A stretch of 54,023 bases of DNA, counting the filler, from Basidiobolus ranarum (lineage: Eukaryota), in assembly GCA_040143965.1 (NCBI GenBank). It is 2 parts of 2 records of this genome, joined end to end, with 100 filler letters (N's around TTAATTAATTAA, not from the genome) between each part and the next. Parts side by side here need not be neighbours in the genome. Positions count along the whole stretch, not along the records: positions 1 to 26,974 come from JASJQH010000126.1; 1 more part is not named here. One strand, written 5' to 3'. The notes under the pieces were generated by a model. It did not search any database. It saw nothing but the letters and a program-made list of their open reading frames with translations, and was not told the origin of the DNA. Shown piece after piece: positions 1 through 13,720 of this stretch. Position 1 is the first letter of the stretch, and the number at the start of each line of letters is the position of its first letter. The translations under genes and the position numbers were made by a program.

Positions 1-2855
1 CTAGCCGATTTTCTTTCAATAGTGAGCCTCATGAATATATTGAAAATCTTGACGGTACTCAGTTGAAAGGTAGTTCTTCACTAAAGTTGCTGAAATTTAA
101 AAAAACTTGGGGAAGTGGCATATTTCGGCGAAAAGGGAAACAGTCACAAAAGAAAATCAGACCCTCATTAGATCAGGACATCACTAGTGTCCCTAGAACT
201 CAGCAATCTAGGAGGTTTAGTATGGATGAAGCAGCCACCTCAGAGCCTTCCGCAATGATATCAAAGGTATTTCAAGCTCAAATATGTGATTATACGTAAA
301 TGATGCTGATTTTATTTTTAGGCAAGTAGCCTTACTCATATTCCAGGCTATAGCCTACCTGATCGGGAGGCTCTACAAATGGTAACTAATGGTTGTTCCT
401 TAGTAACTTTAATGTCTATTTGAGATCTAATGTACTTTTGTTGTTACTTGATACGATAAAGAAGGCACCGAAGGAGAACACAACTGCCAAGTTGCCAGAT
501 AATCCACAAAATTATGTCCCTGCAAAGGCTTTACCAATTACCACCGAGAATCCTATATCTGGTGTCCCTATAGTAGCAAGCGCGTTCACAACTGCACCTA
601 TTGAAATAGAACTTCCTTCTCATAAATCTATGCATACTCAAAACTTGGATCCCAAGATTGAAAATACTGCTCAAAAATTACATAGTAAACAACCGTCTGA
701 TTCGCCTGACTTAAGGAGGAGTCAAGGTATTCATAAATCACTGATTGTGTGAGTTTATATAATAGTCTGACGTTATTTCTGTTATAGAAAAGGATACAGC
801 TCCGTACTTCCTTGGCGGTCTCCCCATTCAGCCGCATTCACGTCAGCTTAGTTTACCAGACGGTAGGGACTGATTTTTTGAATCTAGTTCATATCAAAAT
901 GATGGCTCACCTCTTTCTGTTTGTAGTGAAAAAATACGTGGCAAGAGAGGAATTAATCCCCAACGAAAACTTAAAGAGTGATTATATATTATGGCCTTTT
1001 ACAACGTCAACAGTTCTAATTTTCTCAATTCGCTAAAGTATCTACTACCAGCTCTGAGCTGATTTCTGGTAAGCTTTATAGGGCATCCACCGGATCTGCT
1101 GCTGTTTAAATGTAACTAACATTCCATTTTTTAGATGGGCCTCAAGATTCCAAGTATTCAAATACAGGTAAGTGTAAACATGGATTTTTCGATCATTTAA
1201 TTATATATCAACACTTCTTGCTTGAGGTGTTGCCCCCGACAATGCTGCAAACCTTGTCAACATAGATGATCTCCCTCCTGGTTTAGCTTCGTTAGTACTG
1301 GAATTCCTTAAATCCCCCACTGACTGGCCTAACGAGTCAGTTGAAAACGTACCAACTGAAGACGCGCCTGGTAAGCTTTCACAGCAGCTTGTTTGATTGA
1401 TAATGATTGGCTCATGGTTTTTATAAGAATCCACGAAACTCGAAGCAGCCCAAAGAAACGAGGTTCCGCCTGTTGTAGAGGAGATCAAGAATGAGGAGAA
1501 TAACCACTCCGACACATCACTTGAGCGATACAATTCTTCCGCTAACGAAGATCAAGGTTCGCCCTTTTTGATCTGATTATCCAATCACTTTTATTAACTT
1601 CATACCAAGAATCCAAATTAGAATACTACGAACTAAACGTTACAGGGAACGTCTCGAAATCCACAGGTTTTTCACCATGTTCAATATGTTATATTTTCAT
1701 GCAGAGAATACTCAAAATAGATTTACCAGTCATACCGCCCACAAAACTGATTGAAATGGTAACCGCCAAAATCAATGTCGCTGCAAAAGAAATAATAGGT
1801 TGGTCAACACTTTTCTACACTCTCTCTCGGTTTACGCTAACCCTCGACTGGCAGCCTTTATCGAAAAATTTGGATGGATCAAATTGTTGATCAATGTAAC
1901 CAACATATAAAATATACCAAAATCAACATTGAGAATTTCGAGGTATGCTCTTATATCTAGTTCGATAACACTATTAGGTCTTTAGGCTAAGACATTCACT
2001 CTTGAATATAGAGAGATTGGAAGAAGAAAATCAACACCATTGAGCAATACATTAATCGTGGTAACAAGACCACCGATGATATCCCATTAAACACCACAGC
2101 CCCCACAGTTTCACCTATTATCCGCCCACGATCTCTATCTTCAGTTAGTTATAAGATCCCCGAGTCGCCCAACCTTTCACCATCAATGGGAAATAGCCAT
2201 TGGAGTTCCTCTTTACGTCTTGGCTCAATATTTCTAGAGAACTGGTCTAAAAGAAAAGTCGTCAAAGACGAATGTCAAACTTTTGAAACCATGTATACCG
2301 ACATGCGTCAAAAGTTGGCTGAAATGGAGAATCGTATCACAAGCGTTAGCTCGGTCCAGAAAAGGTCAGTTACTTAGAAAGGCTCTTGTCTGTATGGGCA
2401 ACAGATATACTAATAGTCTTCGATAGAGCCGGACAGGACATTCACTCCAATTATCAAGAAGTCAAGAAGATAAGCGAGATTATTGATCATCAATATTATC
2501 ATCAGGTATGTTATTGAGAATGAGTTGGTTTAGAACATGTGTTTGGTTGATGCGACTTTTATCTGTAGCTTAAGCTATTGGAGGACCAGATGCAACGCAT
2601 CCTTGATTCAAGAAGTAACAGCTATTTGCAAGAATTCTTCTTTACTATTTTAAGCTATGTGTTGGCTGGTAATATATTAGATATGATTTTTGAGATGGCC
2701 AGCTTTCTAACAATGCTTACATATAGCTACTGGTTACCTGTTTTGGATAATAGCGATCCTCTTCATCATGCTGAAGAGAGTTTTTTCTCTTCCATTTCTA
2801 TCAGCGTCACGCAAACGCAAGATTGAAGCGAAGTCCCATTAACATGCATGATTGA
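1..2855 (+). CDS. 3' part of a multi-exon gene: low-complexity S/P/T-rich region, C-terminal coiled coil and hydrophobic membrane segment (function unknown)
   Basis: Run of short GT..AG introns (e.g. 268-321, 749-787, ~2669-2726) linking + strand ORF fragments. The spliced C-terminus reads ...LEDQMQRILDSRSNSYLQEFFFTILSYVLA/ATGYLFWIIAILFIMLKRVFLFHFYQRHANARLKRSPINMHD*, with TGA at 2853-2855. The 5' end lies outside the window and internal exon boundaries are approximate. Confidence 0.7.
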
Positions 2856-3261
2856 TTCGATTTCCAATGTTTTCTGGTAGAACATGCTCAGCACTTTTAT
2901 TTGTATTATTTCACCTTATCTCCTCTACACCAGCAATAATAACTCGCTCTATTGGCCTCTTTCCCCGTCCTTTAATGATAGGTTCGTTTAGGATAAGATC
3001 ACTTTTGTCTGAATACATATGTATACCTAAATGAGCCACAATTAGCAAATATAAATTCTGCAATTTTCGTAGAGTCACCCACGATACAACGATACCTATG
3101 ATAATATTGTACAGTGGTCTATCGGGTTATTGTGAAACGATTCTCTAAATTGGCGTGTACTCTTGCTAGTGCAGGACAGTGTATTGTTTAGACGATGAAG
3201 AGATTGAAATTTATTACGATGGGTCTATTATAACGTTTGGCATCGTTACCGCAGAATGGAT

Positions 3262-4292
3262 TTATTTTTTACTTTTTTTCTTGGATTTGGAAGTCTTTTT
3301 CTCAGAAGATTCCTCCTCGATGTAACCACACTGTTCGAGTAAATCTCTAGCACAGTTATTTATATCTTTGAATCGGTCAGCATGCAGTGGAATACCTCCA
3401 TACCATCTACTTACAACAACGAGGACATTCTTGACATCTAGTATCTGCATTAGATGAAGAAGGCGCCTGCCGGCAGCAGTTTCACCATCGTCGTCATTAT
3501 CTACAAAGAACAGAAGATATTTAGCACTTCTGAAGAACACAACAGGTATTTACATGAAGAGAAAAAATTACCTTGGAGCATGATATCACCTTCTTGAAGA
3601 ATTCTATAAGCAGACATATTATGAGTGGCACGGGCAACTTTTTTATCCTGTAAAAGTTTCTGAAACACAGCTCTAACTTCTTCAACATTTTTAACTGTGG
3701 CGACATGAGCTACGAAGACACTCTTGCGATCGATCAGTGGCTCACCCGTAATGATTTCCGGACAATCTACTATCTTATCCGCTTCGACGAATTTTTTATT
3801 ACCTTCTAGCTCCTCCTCCTCTTCTATCTGGTTGTAATCAACTATCATTTGTTCTTTTTCTTCGGGTAGTTCCTGTAACTCTTGCTTCCACAACTCCACT
3901 TTTTCTTTTAAGCGATCCTCTAAAAACTCTTTAGTCCATTCAACCCAAGTAAATACCACCTCACAGTTCTCCCACAAAGAAGAAAGCCCGCTCAAAAGCT
4001 CTTGTAAGGTATCATCATCAACATAAAATTCTTTGGAGGTCAAATGGTCCATGAAGCGAGGATTTCCACGAACAATCTCGAAGAGGGGTGGATCCTGTGA
4101 AGGATAGGTAGGTGGAAAATAAATCCTAATCTTCACCTCTCTTTGCCATTCCTCCTCAACCTGAAGAGGTATCCTGCACAAATAAGAACTCTCGGAGTCC
4201 TTCTCTTTTATAAACAAATCGCCATATATCGAAGACAAGGCTAGTATTTCCTCTTCTTGTTGAGAAATATTCTGGGCAAACTCTTCCTCCAT
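3262..4292 (-). CDS. YIH1: IMPACT/Yih1 family protein (RWD domain + UPF0029 domain), Gcn1/Gcn2 regulator
   Basis: RWD motifs QEEEILALSSIY and FPPTYPSQDPP; UPF0029 motifs DRKSVFVAH, ATHNMSAYR, DDDGETAAG and VSRWYGG. One 71-bp intron (3501-3571) gives MLQ-D-NDDDGE. Confidence 0.95.
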
Positions 4293-5167
4293 AAGTACCT
4301 TACCTCACAGGGATATATAGAATGAGGATAAAGGGAAAATTACAAGAGAATATTATTTTAAGAATCAACTACCCTTATTCGAACAATTCGAGGGATTTTG
4401 TTTTCAACGAAATCAAGTTGTGTACTGGATGGGTCTATGATCACCATTAATAATTGAATGGATTTCAATTTATTGGACTAGACCTTGGATATAAGCTACA
4501 CTTGATAGTCTGTTCACAATATTTTGAAATTTCTTCTCTGGGACGGCTATATTAATGACATGATGATCTTGCCAGCCGTACGATTGCTCCAACTTATTAG
4601 ACACTCTTAAGGTATATGCGCTTGATGATTAACAATAAGGGCTAATTAGAGTGCTGTCAGCATATCCATGGAAGACCGCTTTGCCGTGTGAACAGTTGAA
4701 GTATCTTTAGGGCGTATAAAGAGAAGCACCTTGACATTTCTACACAGAATCCTACCACCTATATATTCAAGTGTACAATAAAAGCGTTCCTTTATGGATG
4801 GGATTTGTTTCTTACCATGAAGAGCTATTTATTCCTTTCTTGGTAGAATTCATAGCATTTCTCTCTTAGGTAGTGCATGAATGATGGCGATAAGGAGATG
4901 TATACCTGTAGATACTAATATCACGATCATGGTTGCTTATTTTATCTGGGGAACGAGGGGTGTTGGGCGCAGTGATAAATTCCCGCAGTCCATCTCGAAA
5001 ATACGATCAAAGTTAGTCACCCAAGGAACGATTTGAAATCCAGCCGTATTTCATTAGAGATCGAGCGCTTTCTATTGGATCTGACCACCATATGAAGAAT
5101 CATTTCCCCAGTCTAATACTAGGCCTAAACAACTTGTCACTGCTCTTGCACTTTCCGTTTATTATAC

Positions 5168-6174
5168 ATGTTCCCAGTTCCCAAGTCGAAGGTGACTACC
5201 GAAGCGTCCAGACTACTCGACTTTATCAAACCAAATGTGGGTCGGCGTCTAATAATAAAAGGGGCTGGTGAGTTAAAACAATTGTTTCCCCCTTCCTCAA
5301 GAATTATTTGATTACGAAAACTTGAATACCCCCTTTCCCTCATTCCTACAATTATCCAACACTTATCGTTCTAAAAGGTGTCAGTACCGATTCGGGTATT
5401 CCGGACTATCGAGGAGTTGAAGGTACTTACGTAAAAAACAAAAACTATAAACCTATATATCACCAACAATTCGTATCCAACCATGCTTCTCGACAACGAT
5501 ACTGGGCACGGTCTTACATTGGATATGCGCAGATGACTCGGGCGAGACCAAACGATATACACAGGTCCCTAACTGAACTAGAGAAGCATGGTATCAGTAA
5601 TGGATTGATTACACAAAATGTGGATGATTTACACAGAGAAGCGGGGACTAAAGAACTATTAGAGTTACATGGAAATATACGAAAAGTGAATTGTATCAAT
5701 TGCCGTAAGATCTACAATAGAGAAGAAGTACAAATGGAGTTATCTCGATTAAATCCAGAGTTTGAAGCAATCTTAAAGAATTTTCAGAGTAGTGGTAGTT
5801 TTCCACAGATGAATCCTGACGGTGATGTAGAGCTTGGTGATTGCTCATATACAAACTTCTGCTATCCGGAATGTAACCACTGTCATGGCGTATTAAAGCC
5901 TTCGGTCGTTTTTTTTGGAGATAATCTGGAGATTGATACAGTTAGAAGAGCGGAATTTATGGAGAAAAACTGTGACGCTATTCTAGTGCTAGGAACCACT
6001 TTATCTACCCTTTCTTCGTTCAGAATCGTCAGAGCAGCCAGAGAGCGCAATGTTCCTGTTGCCATAGTGAATTCAGGCAAGACCCGAGCCGATGATATAG
6101 TCAATTTTAAGTTAGAAATCCCTTGTTTACCAATTATCTCCGAAATAACCACAGCGTTGGTAAATGAAGTTTAA
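5168..6174 (+). CDS. NAD-dependent sirtuin, SIRT4/class II-like
   Basis: Exon 5168-5267 joined across intron 5268-5377 gives GAGVSTDSGIPDYRG, then RQRYWARSYIGY, ITQNVDDLH, ELHG, CINC/CNHC zinc pairs, the SIRT4-type NPDGDVEL, LKPSVVFFG and VNSGKTRAD. Start codon uncertain. Confidence 0.9.
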
Positions 6175-6819
6175 TCTACACTACTTGAAGTAGATCGCAA
6201 TCCTGTGTTCCAAACGTTAAAGTCGCTAGATATACCACCTTCCTGCATGGTTGATTAATATGTAGCGATTTTAAAAACCGTAACTAGTAGAAACACCTCT
6301 GCAACCCTATCGAAATCGAATAAAAATGCATTTGACAAGTTGTGGATCTCACTATTCGGAGTTAACCCAATTGGCTTTAAATATGCAATCATGTTGGCTG
6401 TTTGGATGTATACCCCAAGCACTACGGTATTGGCGTGTAGCGTCTATGTTATCGCTAATAATATGGGATTGTTGAGATATCATGACGAAAGATGAAAAGA
6501 TTATTTTCCGTAGGAAGCCACACCTCCTCGTCATCAACCTGTACAGGATTTTTGATACCAACAGAAGTGCTGCGGCATGGTTTTCTATAGCAACCAAAAG
6601 GATTCATAACGAATATTAATGTATTTGATCCTCCCATCGTTGGCTATAATGAGGTATAGCAAGTGGTCCGATTTACTAAGTAATAATACTTATTCATTGG
6701 GGACTAACGAGACAAGACGTTGATTGCTAGGTTAATTATTCATATGATATAGAGATGAATTTTGTGTAGTAAGAATGATGCTTAAATTATTAACAAAAAT
6801 GACAAGTAAACATTATATC

Positions 6820-8833
6820 TTTAAGGAAAATGAACAATTAAGCTGAGCACTATACGGACGCATGTTGTAGAGTGCTTAAAGAGATAAGAACTACAATGAT
6901 GCCACCTGGTAAACAAGCTAAATGTCTAGTTACAATGGTTGTATCTCGAAGTTAGACTACCAATCTACCGAGGATTCTGTTGCTGGATACCTCTGGTTAT
7001 ACTTTCCAGTGAATTTAGTCGTATTTGCAATCTGTTCATCTCCTGTGCCATCAGGATTAAAGTCTCATCCTTCTCCACTATATTCTCCTCCAAATTCTTT
7101 AGCTTTAAAAATACACTGGGTTCAGGATAATTGATTCCAGTATGCACTCTCTCCAAGCCAGTAGATGTAGTGGTCGCAGTCCTTTGCAACTGTTCTGTGA
7201 TTTTTCTCAAATTCCAGTAAGACTGTTCAAATTGTCTAACTTTATCTGTCTTCTCTTGCAACTCCGTTTCTACTTGATTTAGCTTTTCGTTGTAATTATC
7301 TCCATCATCTGAATCTAGACCCCAGAGAGAGCGCAGAGATCCCTAGATAATATGGTACATCTAAATCTCGTGATAAAATAGTACAGTTCAGAGAAACATA
7401 ATATCATACATGTTTTCGCGGCGGCGATGGCCTGGGGAAACTAAGTCCGGCTTTGTTAAACTCTTTCTATGATTTGAGCATAGGTTAGCATTTTATTTGC
7501 GTTCATGCAGATTCGGAGATGTGAAATTTACCATGGATTTTTGTAATTCGACGTTCTTGGTTTCCAGTTGTTGACATCTTCGTTTTAAAGAGCTGAACTT
7601 TTTCATCAATTCCTCATTATCCTCAGCCAGCTCGCTTGTGGCTTGTTCTTGTGCTGTGTACTTGGCCTAATAATCATACAATCGAATGAATATTCGGGTT
7701 TCACTGTCAAATTGAGTAAAATATTACATTACCTCAAGATCTCTATTGGCAATCTCTAAGTGCTGGTTTCGCTCAATCACCGCCATGTACTCCTCTAATT
7801 CAACCGCTTCATTGACATTGTTTTGTTGTGGTGCTGGAATCGGGAGAGAAACAAGCTGCTCTGAACAGACAGATACAGGAGGTGAGTTAATGAGATCGGG
7901 GGTGGATGGTTCCTCATACTCCATACTTTGGAATGCATAAAATAAACGGACTATTAGATTAGGTTCCCTGGGACATATAGCACTTGAAATTTACTTTTCT
8001 CGTTCAGATATCTCATGGATTTCGTTATTCAGCCAACTCACAAAACTCATCACCGTGTCCCCATCCTCCATTTCATTCAATTTCACTAAACTCTTGTCCT
8101 GTAACGAAAACTCGAAACTAACGTAATCTAATGGGGTTAAAGTCTCCGCAAATCCACCGAACTCCGAGTTGGCGACCAGTGCGTGCGGCTCATACCATTC
8201 CCTGTGTATTATTTAGAGAAACTTAATATATCCGGATGTTATAGACTAGGAAGGAATCATTCAATCTTACCTAATCAAATTTTGGTCGTTTAAAAGTATA
8301 GTTAAAGCAGATGAAAGACTCCTATCTCTCAAACTTAGATGTATCCAAGCTCTGGCAGATCCCAAGCCTTTTAAAGTAGTGATGTATTTGACTTTATCCA
8401 CAGTACTCTTCAAAGGACCTAATCTTCCGTATTCAGATTGCTCCATAATAAAATCCCAATAGGATCTAAAGGCCCCCCTAACGTTTCCCTTCAATCGTAA
8501 ACCATATCGCAGAGTTCTATCTATCAAGGAGCACAAACTCAATAGAATAGGGTCCTCTTGAGATATAGCTTTTCCGGTTTCCTCGTAGTTTGAACAAATA
8601 ATAGTCACCAGTACGTTTGTAAAAGATATGACATGCTTACGTAAAGAATTTTGCTCTTTTAAGAAGTTTAGTAGGGTTGAAAAAGTCACCGAGCCAATTC
8701 CAGGAAAGAGATCTTGTCGTTTAAAGTTGTTGCGTATAAGTTCATGGACTTCGGGTTCCGTTGTACGTATAAGACGTAGTATTTCCTTAAATTGCTCTTC
8801 TGTTAACGCCATATTGGTAATTACAGAACTCAA
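6820..8833 (-). CDS. RUN-domain protein with C-terminal coiled coils (multi-exon)
   Basis: RUN blocks LCSLIDRTLRYGLR, YWDFI, ARAWIHLSL and, after splicing, WYEPHALV...LTPLDYVSFEF. Downstream exons (ORFs 7724-7924, 6965-7261) are heptad-rich. The last exon and stop are uncertain (~6820-6905). Confidence 0.8.
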
Positions 8834-9999
8834 TATTGTATTATTAAAAGAATCTCGGTAGTAAGTGTTGGTTTCGAGTGGAATGCAATATTGAACGAGA
8901 TGTGACTTGTTTGCGAGCTATCGAGAGTAAAAGTTTTAAGTGTTCGGATAGGTTTGAGCGGTTATTTACTACACTATTGTTCTTGTAGCTTAAACTTGCG
9001 AAATAAGAAGCCAGAAATGTTAAGTTGAGCTGGTGATATTTCTGGAATGCGTATCTCCTTTATTTCTATACTGAGGGCTCACGTCCTACTTCAATTGTTA
9101 GCGTTTAGCAACTGAAGCTTCTTGGAATAAGTAGGTAAAATTAGACAAGAAGGTGGTAAAGGATGTACGAAATATCAAAAGAATATTTAGAAGAGTAATA
9201 TCTATATTTTCAAAATAAATACTCGATTTCTAATAAAGATACCAGCTACTTGTCCAAAGAGCCGGTAGCTAGAAAGAGTTGACAAAATTTCGGGATGATT
9301 TCGGCATGAGTGATTCTAATACATACGCTTAGGATTATAGTATAATCCACTCTACAATCTGGTCGATTCTAATACGATACATGTTTGAGATTGGTAAGTG
9401 GATCTGAACCGGAAAAAATCAACTTGTTTTACCAAACAGAGCAACACTAGTTCTCCGCAGAATAGTCATGAAAACTAAATCAAGACCATATCGCTACTCA
9501 AACGGCGTCATAGCTGTGTAGATGGATTGTTACACTTACTAAGATCGAGGCTGTTAAGAAAAGTAGGAAAATTAAGCAATTGATGTTTATCGAATAATAA
9601 GTTCACTTTGCTAGAGGATTTTATCTAATTTTCTCTATTGGTAAAGTCTAAAATGAGTTCCGACATCCAGCTTCATTCAACTCTAATCCTTGCAGTCTAC
9701 CTTTCGTATGTGGTCACTCCGAAAATGGAGAATTCACTGTGAAGCTCAAAGGTTTAGATAGCCATGGGCGGAGTATCTATGGAAATGGGTGTTGGTGATT
9801 ATTATATATTATAAGATTATCCTCCAAATATATCAACAAGGTAGCCTATATCTTCCTTATTTGAAATCCGGCATAGTTGGGTAGGTTCCATCAATTTTTC
9901 CTTCAGTGGTAGCTATTTCTAATATTGCTATTTCATAAACCACCCCTTTAATTAATATCAGTGCTTAGGTTAATAATAATATTGAGCTAAACACGCGAC

Positions 10000-11777
10000 A
10001 TGGAAGAAAGCTTACCTAAACGAATAAAGACCGACAAAGCCCTCGTTCAGCAAGTTAACAATCTTGACTTGGATACTTATCTAGTCAATTATAAAGGTAT
10101 GAATCTATATACGACTTCCGTGTGTTACAGAGAGAAATGAGTCTATTCAATATGTTGCTCCTCAAGAACCAGCATATATAGTGACGTTAAGTTTTCTAAC
10201 CTAATTTCTCCAGGTCACACCCGTTTTGAACGACTATTATTTATAGCCGATAGATGCCCACCCTTACAGGTAGAGGCTTATAAGCAAGCCCTAAAAGAAA
10301 TCCAAGCCAACTCTAGTGATACAAACAAATACCTCGAAACTTTGACGAAACTGAACAAAGTTCTGGTCAACCTAGGTGAAGAGGTATTAGTTCAAGACAC
10401 TGCTTGGATTGAAGCTACCAACAAAAAAAATAAACTCCGTGCAGAGAGATTAGAAGCTGAGCTTAAAAATTACAAAAATAACCTCATTAAAGAGAGTATC
10501 CGGGTAAAAAGAATGTTCCCTTACCTTGACTTTGGTCCTCTTTGAGATATGACTGAAACTGTTCCTGGATTGAGTTAGATGGGCCATAAAGATTTGGGGG
10601 ATTATTTTTACCATTGTGGAGACCTTACTACAGCTTTCAAGTGTTATTCACGTACACGCGATTACTGTACCACTTCCAAACATGTTGTCAATATGTGTAT
10701 GAGTGTTATACAGGTAATTGTAAATTTAGTGATATCACAGTATTGTACATTTGAACAAATTCATTGAACTGGAAAACATGCACTTAGGTTAGCATTGAGA
10801 TGAGAAATTTTAACCATGTTCAAAGCTTTGTGAGCAAAGCAGAGGCATCCCCGGAAACGCAAGAGCAAAGTTTGATTCAAGCTAAACTTCACTGTAGCTC
10901 TGGGCTAGCTTATTTAGACTCAGGTCGTTATAAGATGGCGGCCAAATGTTTCCTTGATACCTCCTTTGAATTAGGATCCAATTATAATGAGGTAACGAAA
11001 TGTTTCTTGATCACCTATGCTATATTGGCTTGACCAGCTAACATGTCTTTTAGATCATTACCCCAAATGACATAGCTGTCTACGGTGGTTTATGTGCATT
11101 GGCGACGTTTGATCGCATGGACCTGAAAACCAAGGTGATCGCTAACACCGAGTTCAAGGAGTTCCTTGAACTTGAGCCGCATATCCGTGAGCTAATCCAC
11201 GGCTTTTACAATTCCAAATATGCCTTATGTCTTGAAATCATGAACAAGTGGAAAGTATGTATTCTTTATGAATATATCGAGAAAACCTAGAACTCAAAAC
11301 CACCTCTTCTGCGTTGTAGAACGACTTTCTTCTAGATATCTATCTACACAATCACGTGGAGATTCTTTACCACCTGATAAAGAAGAAAGCAATGGTTCAA
11401 TACGTTATACCATTTCAATCAGTGAATTTGCATAAAATGGCTGCTTCCTTCTCGACCGATGTAACATCTTTGGAACTGGAAATTGTCTCTCTAATCACAA
11501 ATAATGATATTCAAGCTCGGATCGATAGTCACAATAAGGTAATCGAATCCCCAGGGTAGACTGACTTTTTGTATGAAATGTAACCACTTGATTGCTGATA
11601 TCACTTTTATAGATACTTTATGCTAAACAGGTAGATCAACGCAACCATATATTTCGAAGTGCTCTTACAATGGGACAACGCTACGAAAAAGACACTAGGG
11701 CACTCCTTCTTCGAGTCAAGCTACTTAATGCTGAACTGGTTGTTAATGACAAAGTAAATTACAACCAAGACCAATGA
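10000..11777 (+). CDS. CSN1: COP9 signalosome subunit 1 (RPN7/PCI domains), about 7 exons
   Basis: ATG at 10000; first intron 10097-10213. Motifs [43 protein letters not shown] and [13 protein letters not shown] at 11775-11777. Confidence 0.95.
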
Positions 11778-12272
11778 AATTCAATCTTTCAGCATACTTT
11801 TAACTAGTAAATACTCTCGCAAGTGTTGATTTTTCATTGTCCTCATCCAAAAACTCAGTATCACAACAAAATATACCAATACATCGCCATTTGTCTTGTA
11901 ATCTGATAAAAATACTCCAACCTCCAGAGTAAACATTCATTTCATAATAATGTCAGTCAAACAGCTGAAAGATTTCCTAGTTGAGATGTGAACATCAGCA
12001 ACTTTGCACTGGAGTGTTTTCATGTACATTCATTATCTTCCAAGCCAACTGGTGACATCTATCTATTTGTCTTATCATAATAACATTGTCGTGAATGTCA
12101 ATAGAATAGCACTTTCTTGAAAATCCTTAATCCAAGACTATATTGATGGCCACAGGGCTTGCGCTGTTATTTTATTACAGTGATTGTGAGCTGATAGTGG
12201 TGTATTTCAACGGAGCATTTTCCATTTTTATATCTCTATATATATACTGCTAAATTGAGCTCATGTAATGAC

Positions 12273-13008
12273 TGTTGAAGTATTTTGGGAGTTGTTGGAA
12301 GTGATTCGGAGAACAAGAAGAATTGGTAGTTTTAACTTACGATTTATTGAGTGCAAATTGACATTTATACTTTTGTCAAGAAGTAGATAAGCTAACGGGT
12401 AGTAAAAATCTATACAACTGAGAACTTCTAAGTTAGTGTCAATATTCTAAGTAAATTCCAATTCAGAATATGTTGAAATTAGCATTGCATAAATACCTAT
12501 ATAGTCATATATAGCTTAGTACTTAGTTATCTTATATTTCACCAAGATATTACCCATTATCCTCATGAGGAATTTACTTAGAATATTGACATCAACTTAG
12601 AAGTTCTCAGATATATAGATTTTGATAACTTATGCTAGAAGCCCCAAACTTTGCACACATGTTTCTGCGACCTTTCTAAACATATTCTACACGTTAGTTT
12701 GCTTACATTGTGACAAAACTATACATGTTAACTTTCAACTAAATAAATCAATAAGTGGAAAGCACCAATTTCTCTAGTTCTCCAAACCACTTCCAACAGG
12801 CTCCCAAATACTTTAACAGAATAATGGGTGGTATCTTAGCTCAATATGGAATAACTAAATAAGGTGTTTGGGTTATGTTGATTTCAACACCATGTTGGTA
12901 AAAGTATTTTCAGTAGATTCCTCATGAAGATATCTCATAACAACATAGTGAAACTTATGTGGCAAGCTATATGACTATATAAATGCTTAAGCTATCTCAT
13001 TTTCAACA
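12273..13008 (-). mobile_element. Composite solo-LTR-like repeat (outer copy, with duplicated terminal part), TSD ATGAC
   Basis: Begins TGTTGAAG at 12273 and ends TTCAACA at 13008; ATGAC at 12268-12272 and 13009-13013. Extra internal terminus at 12889. Strand is relative: + is defined as the orientation starting TGTTGAAATTAGC, which has TATA-like motifs followed by AATAAA. Confidence 0.8.
12471..12818 (+). mobile_element. Solo-LTR-like repeat nested in the previous copy in opposite orientation, TSD GAATA
   Basis: TGTTGAAATT...CTTTAACA; GAATA at 12466-12470 and 12819-12823. Confidence 0.88.
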
Positions 13009-13020
13009 ATGACTTCCTTT

Positions 13021-13350
13021 TGTTGAAGTTAGTATTGCCTAAACACCTATATAGTCATATATAGCTTAGTACTTAGTTATCTTATAATTCACTAAGATAT
13101 TATCCATTATTCTCATAAGGAATTTACTTAGAAGTTCTCAGATATATAGATTTTGATAACTTGTGCTAGAAGCCCCAAACTTTGCACGCATGTTCCTGGG
13201 ACCTTCTTTAACACATTCTACCCGTTAGTATGCTTATATCTTGACAAAACTATAAATGTCAACTTTCACCTCAATAAATCAATATGTGAAAACCATCAAT
13301 TTCTCTAGTTCTCCAAACCACTTCCAACATGCTCCCAAAATACTTGAACA
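13021..13350 (+). mobile_element. Solo-LTR-like repeat, 330 bp
   Basis: TGTTGAAG...TTGAACA termini; colinear with the other copies. Confidence 0.88.
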
Positions 13351-13390
13351 GTATACTGGTGATCAGACTTCAGTATTCTTAGCTCAAAGG

Positions 13391-13720
13391 TGTTAAAGTA
13401 TTTTGGGAGCATGTTGGAAGTGGTTTGGAGAACTAGAGAAATTGATGGTTTTCACATATTGATTTATAGAGGTGAAAGTTGACATTTATAGTTTTGTCAC
13501 GATGTAAGCAAACTAACATGTAGAATGTGTTAAAAAAGGTCCCAGGAACATGTGTGCAAAGTTTAGGGCTTCTAGCACAAGTTATCAAAATCTATATATC
13601 TGAGAACTTCTAAGTAAATACCGATATCGAATAATAGGTAGTATCTTAGTTCAATGTAGAATAACTAAATATTAAGCTCTATATGACTGTAGAGATGTTT
13701 AGGCAATGCTAATTTCAACA
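13391..13720 (-). mobile_element. Solo-LTR-like repeat, 330 bp, inverted partner of 13021-13350
   Basis: TGTTAAAG...TTCAACA; reverse-complement match to 13021-13350. Confidence 0.88.

Noticed and set aside
9312..9376. Direct repeat GATTCTAATAC x2 in the RUN/CSN1 divergent promoter
   Set aside because: Only two 11-bp AT-rich units; not an array and no known motif assigned.
13021..13720. Inverted pair read as one MULE/foldback element with 330-bp TIRs
   Set aside because: The outer flanks (CCTTT and GATAC) do not form a TSD, and single units elsewhere have their own 5-bp TSDs.
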